A model generated the notes under the pieces. The model was not told the DNA's origin. It searched no databases and worked only from the letters and a program-made list of their open reading frames with translations. Made by a program: the position numbers and the translations under genes. A stretch of DNA of 61,583 nt, counting the filler, from Theionarchaea archaeon (GTDB lineage Archaea; Methanobacteriota_B; Thermococci; Methanofastidiosales; SZ-28-30): NCBI GenBank assembly GCA_018992565.1. It is 2 parts of 2 records of this genome, joined end to end, with 100 filler letters (N's around TTAATTAATTAA, not from the genome) between each part and the next. Parts side by side here need not be neighbours in the genome. Positions count along the whole stretch, not along the records: positions 1 to 30,869 come from JACVGW010000023.1; 1 more part is not named here. One strand, 5' to 3'. Shown here piece after piece: positions 1-9,610 of the stretch; position 1 is the first letter of the stretch; each line of letters starts with the position of its first letter.

Positions 1-52
1 CAGACCTGCGGGTTATGAGCCCGCCGGGCACTCCTAGCTGCCCCACCCCGCT
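1..52 (-). tRNA. tRNA-Met(CAU), probably the initiator; 3' part runs off the window
   Basis: The reverse complement reads AGCGGGGUGGGGCAGCUAGGAGUGCCCGGCGGG-CUCAUAA-CCCGCAGGUC. It has a CAU anticodon, A1, and three consecutive G-C pairs at the base of the anticodon stem (initiator hallmarks). A TTTATAA box lies about 25 nt upstream. Confidence 0.93.
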
Positions 53-75
53 TTGACTCCTGTTCAATTCTTTCC

Positions 76-82
76 TTATAAA
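76..82 (-). promoter_or_regulatory. TATA box of the tRNA-Met gene
   Basis: TTTATAA on the minus strand, about 24 nt upstream of the mature tRNA 5' end. Confidence 0.7.
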
Positions 83-279
83 CTTTACGAAGAGCAAGAG
101 AAAAGAACGTATTCAGCCTCAGGTTCTTCAGAGTATGCGAGAATAGCTGCTGCCCAGTTCTACTGTAGCCTCCAGCCTTTCGGGAACACATGACGTTCAT
201 CTTCCACGTGGCTCACCACAGGGACTGCGCGAGACCGAAGGCATTATAAGGATTGCTTCTTAGGGATACTGGTGATAGT

Positions 280-510
280 ATGGTATTGGCGTTTGTACTC
301 CTCAATACGATTCCTGGTCAGGAAGAAAAAATAGCAGAGACACTCAAACAGGAAAAAGAAGTGAAAGAATGTCATGTAGTGTATGGCGAGTATGATATGC
401 ATCTGACACTGGAAACTGAGGATATCAGGGTTCTCGATGATCTCATATGCAGGCTCCGTTCTCTTGAAGGGATACAGCACACCATGACCCTGGTTGCGGT
501 AGGGGAGTGA
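280..510 (+). CDS. Stand-alone Lrp/AsnC ligand-binding (RAM) domain protein, no HTH
   Basis: MVLAFVLLN...ECHVVYGEYDMHL...GIQHTMTLV matches the AsnC C-terminal pattern. GGTGA RBS at 271-275 before ATG 280. ACCGAAG..TTATAA promoter at 234-249. Confidence 0.85.
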   Translation: MVLAFVLLNTIPGQEEKIAETLKQEKEVKECHVVYGEYDMHLTLETEDIRVLDDLICRLRSLEGIQHTMTLVAVGE

Positions 511-559
511 TAGAAAGACAGGCGTACAGTGCTGGGAACAAAAAAGAATAAAAGCGAGA

Positions 560-1630
560 TTACTTCAGAGCTTTCTCCAGACAGGCCAGAGTGGTAATGA
601 TGTCTCTTTCTTTGCAGTTACCCATGTGCCCAATTCTCATGATCTTTCCTTTGAGATGTGCCTGTCCGCCTGCTATGACAATGTTATACTCACTCTTGAG
701 AGTATCTCGTATGTCCTTTTCGGATTTGTGGTCAGGTGCATTAAAGGCAGTGACTGTGCGGGAACATATGTCCTCAGACTTCGGGAATATAGTCAATCCT
801 AGCTTTTTGAGTCCAGATCGTGTTATCTCAGCCAGTCGCTTGTGCCGTTCAATTCTCTGGGGCAGTCCTTCTTCAAACAGAATGTCCAGAGCCTCTTTCA
901 GTGCGTAGGTTAAGGTTATGGACTGGGTGTAGGGTGCCTGGTACTTGTCTTCTTTGTATTTTCTTACATTGAGGTAATAGCAATACCCTGGTCTCTTGTT
1001 GATGATATCCCACGCTTTCTCACTGACCGAGAGGAATGAAAGCCCGGGAGGGACTGCCAGACACTTCTGGGAGCCTGAAATACACAGGTCAATTCCCCAC
1101 TCGTCTACTCTGATATCATCTCCTCCCATGGAAGAGATGCAGTCCACAATCAGTGCAGCAGTACTGTCTCCCACAATATCCGAGACTGGCTTGACAGCAT
1201 TTCTCACTCCTGTGGAGGACTCATTGTGGACCATGGTCACAGCCTTAATGTCGGGTGTGAGAGCTTCCTTCACCTTTTCAGGGTCCAGAGCAGACCCCCA
1301 CTCGAAATTCAGAACCACGGGTATGCCACCATGAGCTTCCACAATCTCAGTGAACCGTTCAGAGAACTTGCCAGAGACCAGGCACAGCACCTTATCGCCA
1401 GGCCTCATGATATTAGACACTGCAGCGTCCATAGAAGATGTACCTGATCCTGAGAAGATGAACAGATCATTTTTAGTCTGATAGACTTTTTTCATCCGTT
1501 CTCCCTGTTCTACAAAAAGATCAGAAAACCACTTCTCCCGGTGGGGCATGAGAGGCTTGGACATGGCCCTCAGCACCCGGGGGTGGAGAAATGTGGGTCC
1601 GGGGATCATTAATGAGACGTCTTCATCCAT
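560..1630 (-). CDS. Class V PLP-dependent aminotransferase (alanine-glyoxylate/serine-pyruvate family)
   Basis: MIPGPT, HNESSTG, VDCISS, SGSQKCL (PLP lysine), RIGHMG motifs. Confidence 0.92.
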   Translation of the reverse strand: MDEDVSLMIPGPTFLHPRVLRAMSKPLMPHREKWFSDLFVEQGERMKKVYQTKNDLFIFSGSGTSSMDAAVSNIMRPGDKVLCLVSGKFSERFTEIVEAHGGIPVVLNFEWGSALDPEKVKEALTPDIKAVTMVHNESSTGVRNAVKPVSDIVGDSTAALIVDCISSMGGDDIRVDEWGIDLCISGSQKCLAVPPGLSFLSVSEKAWDIINKRPGYCYYLNVRKYKEDKYQAPYTQSITLTYALKEALDILFEEGLPQRIERHKRLAEITRSGLKKLGLTIFPKSEDICSRTVTAFNAPDHKSEKDIRDTLKSEYNIVIAGGQAHLKGKIMRIGHMGNCKERDIITTLACLEKALK

Positions 1631-1804
1631 GTACTGTGGTACTGTCCCTGTTCATAAAAAGGTTTCCTCCCCTTTCTTCAGCGCGACTCGCTGTCTTCAG
1701 CGAGGATTTCCTGCCTCACTCCAGTTGCCCCATGCTAGCCTCTACAGGCGCACATCACCAAAGCAAGACACAAAACCATATAAGCACGCTCACAAACAGT
1801 ACTC

Positions 1805-1999
1805 ATGGCCGAATATACTGTCAGAGTAGGTGTGCAGGGTAGAATCACAATCCCTAAGGAGATACGGGACAAAGAAGATATTGATTACAGAGATATCTTT
1901 AAAATTCATAATATGAGTGGCCTCCTCATCCTGCAAAAGGTGAGAAAGCCTGATGACAAAACAATTCCTCTTGATAGATTTCTTGATCACGGCTTCTGA
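1805..1999 (+). CDS. AbrB/MazE/SpoVT-family DNA-binding protein
   Basis: 64 aa with the VGVQGRITIPKEIRDK swapped-hairpin signature. Confidence 0.8.
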   Translation: MAEYTVRVGVQGRITIPKEIRDKEDIDYRDIFKIHNMSGLLILQKVRKPDDKTIPLDRFLDHGF

Positions 2000-2721
2000 G
2001 AATGCACTACAATCCCATTGCTGCTGATTTCCATGGGATATGTTCTGGTGCTATGATGTGTACCTCGCATCTTCATGGCCTGAATCGTCCTCTTTAATTC
2101 ACCATACTGGGGAATCAGTCGCATGACCACCACTCCTCTCGTGACATATTCTTCAAACCCATATCGCGAGACATCATGTGTATCTGCAATCTCAGTAATC
2201 ATAAGGGACGTTCTTTCCATTTCCAGAAGGAGGTTTGAGAATAGTGAGGTTGCTCTCCTGACTTCAGCCTCGTCCTTCAGCCGCAGCTGAAGCGAGGGTA
2301 TGGAATCAATGACAATTCTCTGAGCTTTCACTTCTCTACATACCTCAAAGATGTGTGCAGACAAGGCGGAGATATTCAGTCTGGCCCCCATGTTTTTCAG
2401 GGAATACTGTTCATTGGTCTTGATACTCTCCCGTGCTGAACCCACATCAATAATGGCCAGTTTCTTTTCTTTTTCCATTTTTCCAAGATCCCATCCAAAA
2501 TTGATCATTTCCTGCCTCAGATCCTTTGGTCGTTCCTCCAGGGAGACATATACGCCGTTTTCTCCAAATTCGGTGATCCCCCTGTACAGAAACTGTACGG
2601 CAAAGGTTGTCTTTCCAGATCCCGCAGTTCCTGTTATGAGACAGCAGGTACCCTTGGGAAACCCGCCACCAATAATCTCGTCAAACCCCGGCACGCCAGA
2701 CTTGGTTCGTTCCATGCTCAT
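1987..2721 (-). CDS. Single-domain KaiC-like/RAD55-family ATPase (start may be 2715)
   Basis: SGVPGFDEIIGGGFP, Walker A GTAGSGKT, YVSLEE, RIVIDS, KMRGT. Confidence 0.92.
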   Translation of the reverse strand: MSMERTKSGVPGFDEIIGGGFPKGTCCLITGTAGSGKTTFAVQFLYRGITEFGENGVYVSLEERPKDLRQEMINFGWDLGKMEKEKKLAIIDVGSARESIKTNEQYSLKNMGARLNISALSAHIFEVCREVKAQRIVIDSIPSLQLRLKDEAEVRRATSLFSNLLLEMERTSLMITEIADTHDVSRYGFEEYVTRGVVVMRLIPQYGELKRTIQAMKMRGTHHSTRTYPMEISSNGIVVHSQKP

Positions 2722-3040
2722 AGTTTGAGAAGTTCATATTTAAGTCTTTTCGTTTTGGCTACACAGAAAGTGAAAAGCCCTCTATATCACTTCTTCAGTG
2801 CTCGTGAATAGAGAACCAAAAACAAAGCACTTCATTATACCTGAAGATCATTTCTTGGAGTAGATCTCTTTCTAGGAAAAATGAATTGTACAATATCATG
2901 GATGCTGAGCGCCAGTTTTCCTCTACATGATTCCAGTCATTCTACTGTTCGTTGCCTTTAATGCTGCGCTATTTACTTTCACCAAGGGGTTCCAAGCAAA
3001 GATTTAAAAAGGGATAGAAAAAAGGAGGTTCGGTGTAGAC

Positions 3041-3274
3041 ATGGTATCAGCGTATGTCCTCATAACAATAGCTATTGGCAAGGTTAAGGAAGTTCTGGAA
3101 GAACTCGAACAGATGGAAGGAGTTGTCAAGGCAGACGTGGTGACGGGACCCTATGATGCTATAGCCCGGATAGAAGCAGAGGATCTGAGCCAGCTGACCA
3201 AGACAATTGTCCAGAAGATTCACTACATAGATGGTGTCATAGACACAACCACAGCCATAGTTGTTCAATTCTAA
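3041..3274 (+). CDS. Stand-alone Lrp/AsnC ligand-binding domain protein
   Basis: MVSAYVLI...VVTGPYDAIA...GVIDTTTAIV; GGAGG RBS upstream. Confidence 0.88.
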   Translation: MVSAYVLITIAIGKVKEVLEELEQMEGVVKADVVTGPYDAIARIEAEDLSQLTKTIVQKIHYIDGVIDTTTAIVVQF

Positions 3275-3441
3275 GAAAACCAGAAAGGTGTTCAGTCGAT
3301 ACTGCCTTTCTGCATTTTGTCTATCAGTGATGATCTGAAAGTTGAGATGTTGCAGGTTACTTGTTATGTGGCAACCTTTTGTATCTCATGATGTGAAGCA
3401 GTCAGGTACAAAAGGTTATTAAATGTGTAGACAAAAAAACG

Positions 3442-4386
3442 ATGATGTTGGACCATTATAAGTCGATTCTGGCGAAAAAAGCACTTCCTTATTACCTAGA
3501 AACCAAAACGCGCTGCATCAAGGCGGATTTGAAGGAAAGCGAGGCAGTCTTGTGGGAGGCACATGATAGAAAGGAGGCAGGCGAAGTATCTCTCCTTGAC
3601 GTGAAAATAGAGATTGCCACCCGCATACTCTCACATTGCGAATTCTGCGAAAGGAGATGTGGTGTTAATAGACCTGCAGAGCAGGGCAACTGTACTGTAA
3701 GGGAGCCCAGAATCGCGTCAGAATTCGCTCACTATGGGGAGGAGAGTGTCCTAGTTCCTTCCCACACTATTTTCTTTTCTGGCTGCAATTTTCACTGCGT
3801 TTATTGCCAGAATTGGGATATTTCTCAGGTCAAATCAGGAACATGGATTCCTCCCAAAAAGCTGGCAAAGCTCATTGAATACAGACACTTGCAGAACATG
3901 AACTTCGTGGGAGGAGATCCCACTCCCAACCTTGACTACATACTGCAGGTACTGCGGGAATGCGAGGCTCACATCCCCGTGGTGTGGAATTCTAATATGT
4001 ACTTAACTGAAGAGAGCATGCGCCTGCTGGAAGGTGTGGTGGACGTATACCTTACTGACTTCAAATATGGGAATGATACATGTGCCGGGGAGCTTTCTGA
4101 CGTCAGTGATTATTTTGCTATTGTGAGTCGCAACCACCTTCTAGGAGAACAACATGCCGATCTGATTATCCGTCACCTGGTTCTGCCGGGGCACCTGGAA
4201 TGCTGCACTCGCCCCGTATTGCAGTGGATTTCCGAGAATCTGAAATCGCCGGCGGTAAACGTCATGTTCCAGTATCACCCAGAATACAGGGCTATGAAGA
4301 ATGCAAGGATTGACAGGTATCTCACGTATGCAGAGAAACAAAGAGTCCTTGAAATAGCACAGGAGTTTACCATAACGCTCGTATGA
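3442..4386 (+). CDS. Radical SAM protein, PflX-like (pyruvate formate-lyase activating enzyme-related)
   Basis: CEFCERRCGVNR, radical SAM motif GCNFHCVYCQNWDIS, VGGDPTP, DFKYGND, IRHLVLPG. Confidence 0.88.
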   Translation: MMLDHYKSILAKKALPYYLETKTRCIKADLKESEAVLWEAHDRKEAGEVSLLDVKIEIATRILSHCEFCERRCGVNRPAEQGNCTVREPRIASEFAHYGEESVLVPSHTIFFSGCNFHCVYCQNWDISQVKSGTWIPPKKLAKLIEYRHLQNMNFVGGDPTPNLDYILQVLRECEAHIPVVWNSNMYLTEESMRLLEGVVDVYLTDFKYGNDTCAGELSDVSDYFAIVSRNHLLGEQHADLIIRHLVLPGHLECCTRPVLQWISENLKSPAVNVMFQYHPEYRAMKNARIDRYLTYAEKQRVLEIAQEFTITLV

Positions 4387-4515
4387 CATGAGAACTGCTT
4401 ACAGAATGAAATTTCTAGCTCTTCTTCAAGGTGGACACCATCTCTTCATATTCCGCTCTGGTGATTTCCGCCCGCGCATGTCGCTCCGGGCTGGACTCTG
4501 GGGCGCAGGAAGGAC

Positions 4516-5214
4516 TTAGGAAAGGTGCAGTACATCAAGAAGTAGGCTCAGATTATTCGTTTTCTTATATTCCCGGACTGCCTTAATGAGGGATTCCGAG
4601 GTTGCAGAAAACTGGGATCTTACTCGGGATGCACATTCTGTTTTCCGCAAGAACAGCTCAGAGACAAGAGAGCTGACATTTCGGGGGGTTCTGAATCCAG
4701 CCTTCTCAAAGTCTATGATCCAGCATTTCTCACCAATGAGGAGATGCTTCCCCCCCTGGATCTGCCCATGATCAACACTCAGGAGATCCAATGTATGGCA
4801 TTGTTCAAGAAAGCATCTAATATGCTTTGGTTGCACTGATGCGTTTCTAACGGGCACCCCTTCAACGTACTCGAGAACGAGGAAGTCCTTCCCTTCATGG
4901 TACAACGTGGGGCCAATTCCTCTCTCGTTCACTATTCTCAAGAAGAGAGCTTCCCTGCCCAATGAAAGGCGATGCGAGTCTCTTCTCTGGATCTTGATTG
5001 CCACCTCTTTCTGCTCCTGCATTCCGTAGATCACAATGGAGGACCACCCTTTTCCTAAGACGGGAACCCCCCATACTACATTTTTGCCAAAAGGAAGTGG
5101 GGTAATCCCCAGGTCAGCAAGGGTTCTTTCCAGTAGTACGTTTCGTTCCTTACGGGGGTAAGTGAGTACACTGAAGATATCAGGTTTCACAGTGATGGCA
5201 GGAGATAATTTCAT
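4516..5214 (-). CDS. Archaeal Ser/Thr protein kinase-like protein (RIO/Bud32-related)
   Basis: LGKGWSS Gly loop, VAIK lysine, IIDFE; atypical catalytic loop HGQI. Confidence 0.75.
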   Translation of the reverse strand: MKLSPAITVKPDIFSVLTYPRKERNVLLERTLADLGITPLPFGKNVVWGVPVLGKGWSSIVIYGMQEQKEVAIKIQRRDSHRLSLGREALFLRIVNERGIGPTLYHEGKDFLVLEYVEGVPVRNASVQPKHIRCFLEQCHTLDLLSVDHGQIQGGKHLLIGEKCWIIDFEKAGFRTPRNVSSLVSELFLRKTECASRVRSQFSATSESLIKAVREYKKTNNLSLLLDVLHLS

Positions 5215-5308
5215 TTAACTGTTTTGGATTCTGATCTCCACCTGGACAACCTAATCACCACCAACGACTCGTCCGTTCCTCAATCTGTACGCTCCAGGCT
5301 GGACAGGA

Positions 5309-6823
5309 CTACTTGTAGACTTCGGGTGGGCCCTCTGTAGCTTCTGTCATCCATGACTGGGGGTCTGAGTACCCATTCTGGGCAGCAGCATCCAGTTCTA
5401 TTGTACCAGACATCGCCTCTTCAACCCGGCTAGAAATGCGGCTGTAGGTGTCTGGGGGTGAATCTACTGAAATCTCCTGCAGGAGATAGAAATTCTTTGA
5501 GAATCCGCTGGTGAATTCCGACCCTTTATCCGAGGGATTAGGATCATTTTTTGGATCAAAATCCTCATATGCACATTTAGTAGAACTTGTTGATGTTATG
5601 ATGATCTCTGCTTCATTTTTCAGTTCATCTGCCAGAAAGCTTCCTGAGTAGCACGCATCTACTATCACAAAGATGTGGACTCCGTCTTTAAAATCACCCA
5701 GAAGCTTCGCAAGTGCTGGCACTGTGAATGTCTCTCCGCCAATGAGAACATAGCCTTTGTTCCCATGTGCTGTAATATACATCACCAGAGCGCTGTCGGG
5801 TTCCATTTCTCTGGACCACGTCTTGAGGATTCTCTCAATGTCTCTAATAGTTCTGGCCTGTTCCACAGAGAACCCTGTCTCCCTGAAGGCCCCAGCCATA
5901 GACCTTTCATCTTCTGCCATAGTATGCCTGGAGTATTCTCCTTCTTTCCATCCATTGACTACAAGAGCCTTCCCGGTGGACTCCTCTTCCTGGGCAAGCG
6001 GGGCCGCAACTCTGTTGAAGAAGATTGAAGGGGCTGGCCTTTCAATTCCTGCACTGTATGCCCAGTAGGTAGAATTCCAGTATTCCTCCTCTTCAGCCCA
6101 TAGCGAGGCTTTGTTGAGAACAGGCCACCACTCCTCGCTGTATGTGGTGAGATCCTCTGATTCAATTCCGAAGAAGACAAACCGAACAGGATGTGCAAAC
6201 TTGGCGTGGGGATCATCATCGATCCAGAAGAACCAACAATTCTCCTTCAAGGAATACGGGATCAAATGAGGTACTTCTGTGAATTCTGCATTGGAAGGAG
6301 CGTAGGGTGCAATCTGATCGCTGCTCAGAAGAGGTTCTGGCCACAAGAAAGCTATAGCCTTCTGATCTGGAGCAATTGCTTCTTCCATGACTCTCTCCAT
6401 GGCATTCAAGAGACTGGAATAGCAATTTCTGCCTTCCTGGCACACAACCTGAGTCTGTTCTCTATCAGGGCCTGCAAAAAGAACTACAATTTGTCCCTGC
6501 TGCCAGAGATTCAGCTTGGTGACCATTCTTTTTTCTGCACTGATTTCATTTTTCTCTTGATCGCTCAGAACGGTCTCAACAATGTCTCCCACACCTTCTG
6601 GGGCTTTGTTCCCCCCGAGAATTACAATATACTTGTTACTCCTGTATGGCTCGAACCCCGAAGCATCTACCAGGGCTACATCATAGTCCGCCTCCAGGAA
6701 GTCAATGAAGTCTGAATTGAGCCCTCTGTCAATGGAATTAACCAGAAGAACCACAGTCTCACTGGATGTCTCTGCAGGCAGCATTCCCATAAGTAGGAGA
6801 CAGATAAGGACTATTTCTTTCAT
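5309..6823 (-). CDS. Secreted caspase/hemoglobinase-fold (clan CD) peptidase-like protein with N-terminal surface-layer-like domain
   Basis: N-terminal signal peptide; His/Cys dyad motifs YITAHG and IVDACYSG; N-domain IVILGGNKAPEGVG...LFAGPDRE. Confidence 0.7.
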   Translation of the reverse strand: MKEIVLICLLLMGMLPAETSSETVVLLVNSIDRGLNSDFIDFLEADYDVALVDASGFEPYRSNKYIVILGGNKAPEGVGDIVETVLSDQEKNEISAEKRMVTKLNLWQQGQIVVLFAGPDREQTQVVCQEGRNCYSSLLNAMERVMEEAIAPDQKAIAFLWPEPLLSSDQIAPYAPSNAEFTEVPHLIPYSLKENCWFFWIDDDPHAKFAHPVRFVFFGIESEDLTTYSEEWWPVLNKASLWAEEEEYWNSTYWAYSAGIERPAPSIFFNRVAAPLAQEEESTGKALVVNGWKEGEYSRHTMAEDERSMAGAFRETGFSVEQARTIRDIERILKTWSREMEPDSALVMYITAHGNKGYVLIGGETFTVPALAKLLGDFKDGVHIFVIVDACYSGSFLADELKNEAEIIITSTSSTKCAYEDFDPKNDPNPSDKGSEFTSGFSKNFYLLQEISVDSPPDTYSRISSRVEEAMSGTIELDAAAQNGYSDPQSWMTEATEGPPEVYK

Positions 6824-7209
6824 ACTATAACCTCCACATTTTCAATTCTGTATGTATATATTCTATGAAAACATATATTTAAATTTTTCTCTTTTCCTAT
6901 AATATAGTGCTTTGACTGATAGTATAATCCAGAATAAAACTCCCTTTGTCAAATTGATGTGGGAATTTCAGAGATGTAGCTGTTTCCCCTTGCACTGTGT
7001 AATATAATGAAGATAAAAGTATCTATGCCACCTTATCTTATGAATAAAGCCTTGAATTACAAAATATCGGCATATTTTTTCATAATTGAGGATATCCATG
7101 CTCTGAGAAAAGAAAGGATTTAACGATTGAGTGGAGTACCTGCAGACAGACATCTTCTTGCTTCGAAAACTAAATATAGTGGCAATTCCTACAGAGCGTG
7201 GTGTTTATA

Positions 7210-7854
7210 ATGAGCGTATCAATAAAGTTGCTTGCGCATGCTGCCTTCCAGATAAGGGGAGGAGGTAAGATCATCTACACTGATCTTGAAGAGTACAGTG
7301 ACCCTGTGGAGAAGGCAGATATTATACTGGTAACCCATTCCCATACTGACCATTGTGATCCGGCCAAGATCAACCGTGTTCGTAGCCCCAGTACCGTAAT
7401 AATCGCTCCCGAAGATTGTAGATCCAAGATTAGGGATATCACTCCCCTGAAACCAGGAGAATCCATGACGATCAATGGAATAAAGGTGAAAGCTGTTCAT
7501 GCCTACAATTACAAACGATTCAGATCTCCAGGAAAGCCTTATCATCCAAAGGGGATGGGGGTGGGATACCTCATCTCAGTCGAAGGAAAAACCATCTATC
7601 ATGCTGGTGATACTGATTTCATTCCAGAGATGAAAGAGCTTGGGACCATTGATGTAGCACTCCTTCCAACAGGTGATACCTATACCATGGATGTTGTAGA
7701 GGGTGCTGAGGCTGCACTGACAATCAGTCCACACATTGCCATACCCATGCATACCTGGGGAAAAGACACCACAGAGTTCAAGAAGAGGGTAGAAGCGGGA
7801 TCCTCAACTCGAGTTGTGGTGCTCAAGGAAGGGGAAGAATACCATCTGGATTGA
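7210..7854 (+). CDS. Metallo-beta-lactamase-fold hydrolase (UlaG/YtkL-like)
   Basis: THSHTDH, YHAGDT, IPMH motifs; an alternative GTG start is at 7198. Confidence 0.9.
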   Translation: MSVSIKLLAHAAFQIRGGGKIIYTDLEEYSDPVEKADIILVTHSHTDHCDPAKINRVRSPSTVIIAPEDCRSKIRDITPLKPGESMTINGIKVKAVHAYNYKRFRSPGKPYHPKGMGVGYLISVEGKTIYHAGDTDFIPEMKELGTIDVALLPTGDTYTMDVVEGAEAALTISPHIAIPMHTWGKDTTEFKKRVEAGSSTRVVVLKEGEEYHLD

Positions 7855-8031
7855 GTGGAGCCCTGGCCGGTGTGTGCACTATCCGCCTGCAGACTCGTCT
7901 TTGCTGGCACATTTGTACTCTGTATTAGAATTCCAATCTTCTTCTTTTCTCTTGTGAAAATGTGCCTATTCGAAACCAAGAAGAATTAAATGCTCTCACT
8001 ATTCAGGAAGAGCAAAGAAAGGGAGGTGCGA

Positions 8032-8115
8032 ATGATGAATCCCCAAGTTGAAGACTACATGGATGCTACCTGCGTGGCTTCCACGGGTGGAAATATGATA
8101 TTCGATCTATTCTAG
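8032..8115 (+). CDS. Putative 27-aa small protein (MMNPQVEDYMDATCVASTGGNMIFDLF), not in the ORF track
   Basis: Strong GGAGGTG RBS at 8022-8028, AT-rich AATTAAAT upstream, T-rich tract after the TAG. Confidence 0.45.
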   Translation: MMNPQVEDYMDATCVASTGGNMIFDLF

Positions 8116-8254
8116 GCTTTGAACTTCTTTTTGTCTTTCCACTCTTTACTTTTCTTGTTCATAATTTCAATCTGCGTCTTTGAAGTGAGCCAGAAAGAGT
8201 GTGGACTACCCACTGCTTTTGACGGAACATGAACAGAGTCCACCACTTCCAAAG

Positions 8255-8270
8255 ACCAAAAATTTATATA
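8255..8270 (+). promoter_or_regulatory. BRE/TATA promoter of the RPA operon (leaderless transcript likely)
   Basis: ACCAAAAATTTATATA, ending about 21 nt before ATG 8292. Confidence 0.7.
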
Positions 8271-8291
8271 GAAATCCAACTTTACCAATGT

Positions 8292-9317
8292 ATGGACAAG
8301 AAGGAAGTTCTCTGGGAACAGTTGAAGAAGAAAGGCCTTTCTGACCATGAGATTCAGGCGAAAATGGAACAGAAACTGCAGGAAGTAGGAGGACTCTTGA
8401 CTGACGAAGGAGCTCTAACCATCATTGCAAGCGAGCTGGGAATTATCAAAGAGCAGGATTACCTGCGAATTGGAGATTTACTTGATGGCATGACTAATGT
8501 GAACATCGTGGGAAGAGTCCTGGGGTATACAGAGCCCAGAGAATTCCAGAGAAATGATGGCTCAAAGGGAGCTGTCTCCAACATCATTATTGCTGACAAG
8601 ACAGGCAAGACGGCCCTGACTCTGTGGGATCATGAAGTCAGGCTCACTGAGCAGATAGAAAGAGGAGACATCCTCAAGATTGTGGATGGCATTACGAGAG
8701 AAGGCAGGAGAGGAGTTCAGATTCAGATAGGACGAGGAAAGGTGATTGTCAATCCGGAAGACGATCCTCGCATTGAGGAAATTCCTCCTCTCTTCAAGCT
8801 GACAGAGAGACCCACAGAAAGGAAGGAGATAGCAGAACTTGAAGAAGGGAACAGGTTTTGTGAAATCAGAGCTACCATTGCCAAGCTGTACACTGTCAAG
8901 TTTTACGACGCCTGTCCTGAGTGTTATAAGCGAGTTATTTTCAAAAATAATGTATTCTTCTGCCCGAATTGCAACAAGAAGGTGGAAAAGAAGCGGGTAA
9001 TGATTTTTGAAGCCGGACTTGATGACTGTACAGGGTTCATAAGGGCAAGTTTCTTTGAAAGGAAAGCAGAAGAAATGCTTGGCACCACCTCAGAAGCGTA
9101 CTACAAGGTTAAAGATCTCATGAGTAAAGGGCATGATGCTCGTTCTGCTCAGAGACAGTACTTGAATGAGGTGCATCAAACGCTGCTGGGTCAGGAAATC
9201 GTGGTTTCCGGGGACGTCACCTACAATGAGTACACGGGGCTGACCTTCACGGTGAGAGACATCAGAGAACTTGATATTCCTCAGGAGTGCTATTCCATAC
9301 TGGAGGAATTAGGATGA
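8292..9317 (+). CDS. Replication protein A large subunit (RPA41/RPA1-like; OB folds plus Zn finger)
   Basis: GGLLTDEGALTIIASELG N-terminus, OB fold IADKTG..LTLWD, CPEC...CPNC zinc finger. Confidence 0.9.
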   Translation: MDKKEVLWEQLKKKGLSDHEIQAKMEQKLQEVGGLLTDEGALTIIASELGIIKEQDYLRIGDLLDGMTNVNIVGRVLGYTEPREFQRNDGSKGAVSNIIIADKTGKTALTLWDHEVRLTEQIERGDILKIVDGITREGRRGVQIQIGRGKVIVNPEDDPRIEEIPPLFKLTERPTERKEIAELEEGNRFCEIRATIAKLYTVKFYDACPECYKRVIFKNNVFFCPNCNKKVEKKRVMIFEAGLDDCTGFIRASFFERKAEEMLGTTSEAYYKVKDLMSKGHDARSAQRQYLNEVHQTLLGQEIVVSGDVTYNEYTGLTFTVRDIRELDIPQECYSILEELG

Positions 9318-9610
9318 GACGTGCTCCTGCTATAGAAAAAGACATTTCTGATATTACAGAAGAAGACATTCGCGTCTCTATCATTGGCACTGTTATACGA
9401 AAAGATCCTATTCAGTATTCCATGATACTTGACGATGGTACTGGTTCTATTATTGTATTGGGAGACAAGCTTTTTGAGGTGCAGACTACTGTGAGGGTCA
9501 TTGGTCGTCCTCAGATGCGGGGTGAGCCGTTGATTAGTGCCGAAATTGTACAGGATTTTTCTGACTTTGATCTTGAGCTGTATAAGAGGGTGAAGGAGCT
9601 GGAACAATGA
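9314..9610 (+). CDS. Replication protein A small subunit (RPA14/RPA3-like)
   Basis: RRAPAIEKDI..RVSIIGTV..LDDGTG single OB fold; ATGA overlap with the upstream gene. Confidence 0.85.
   Translation: MRRAPAIEKDISDITEEDIRVSIIGTVIRKDPIQYSMILDDGTGSIIVLGDKLFEVQTTVRVIGRPQMRGEPLISAEIVQDFSDFDLELYKRVKELEQ

Noticed and set aside
1687..1704. 7-bp hairpin CTCGCTG-tctt-CAGCGAG between divergent genes
   Set aside because: A single short stem with no second copy or supporting context
1805..1999. AbrB gene as the antitoxin of a toxin-antitoxin pair
   Set aside because: No co-oriented PIN or MazF toxin gene follows it
2927..3007. 26-codon hydrophobic ORF (MIPVILLFVAFNAALF...)
   Set aside because: No RBS, and it overlaps the promoter of the downstream Lrp gene; probably chance
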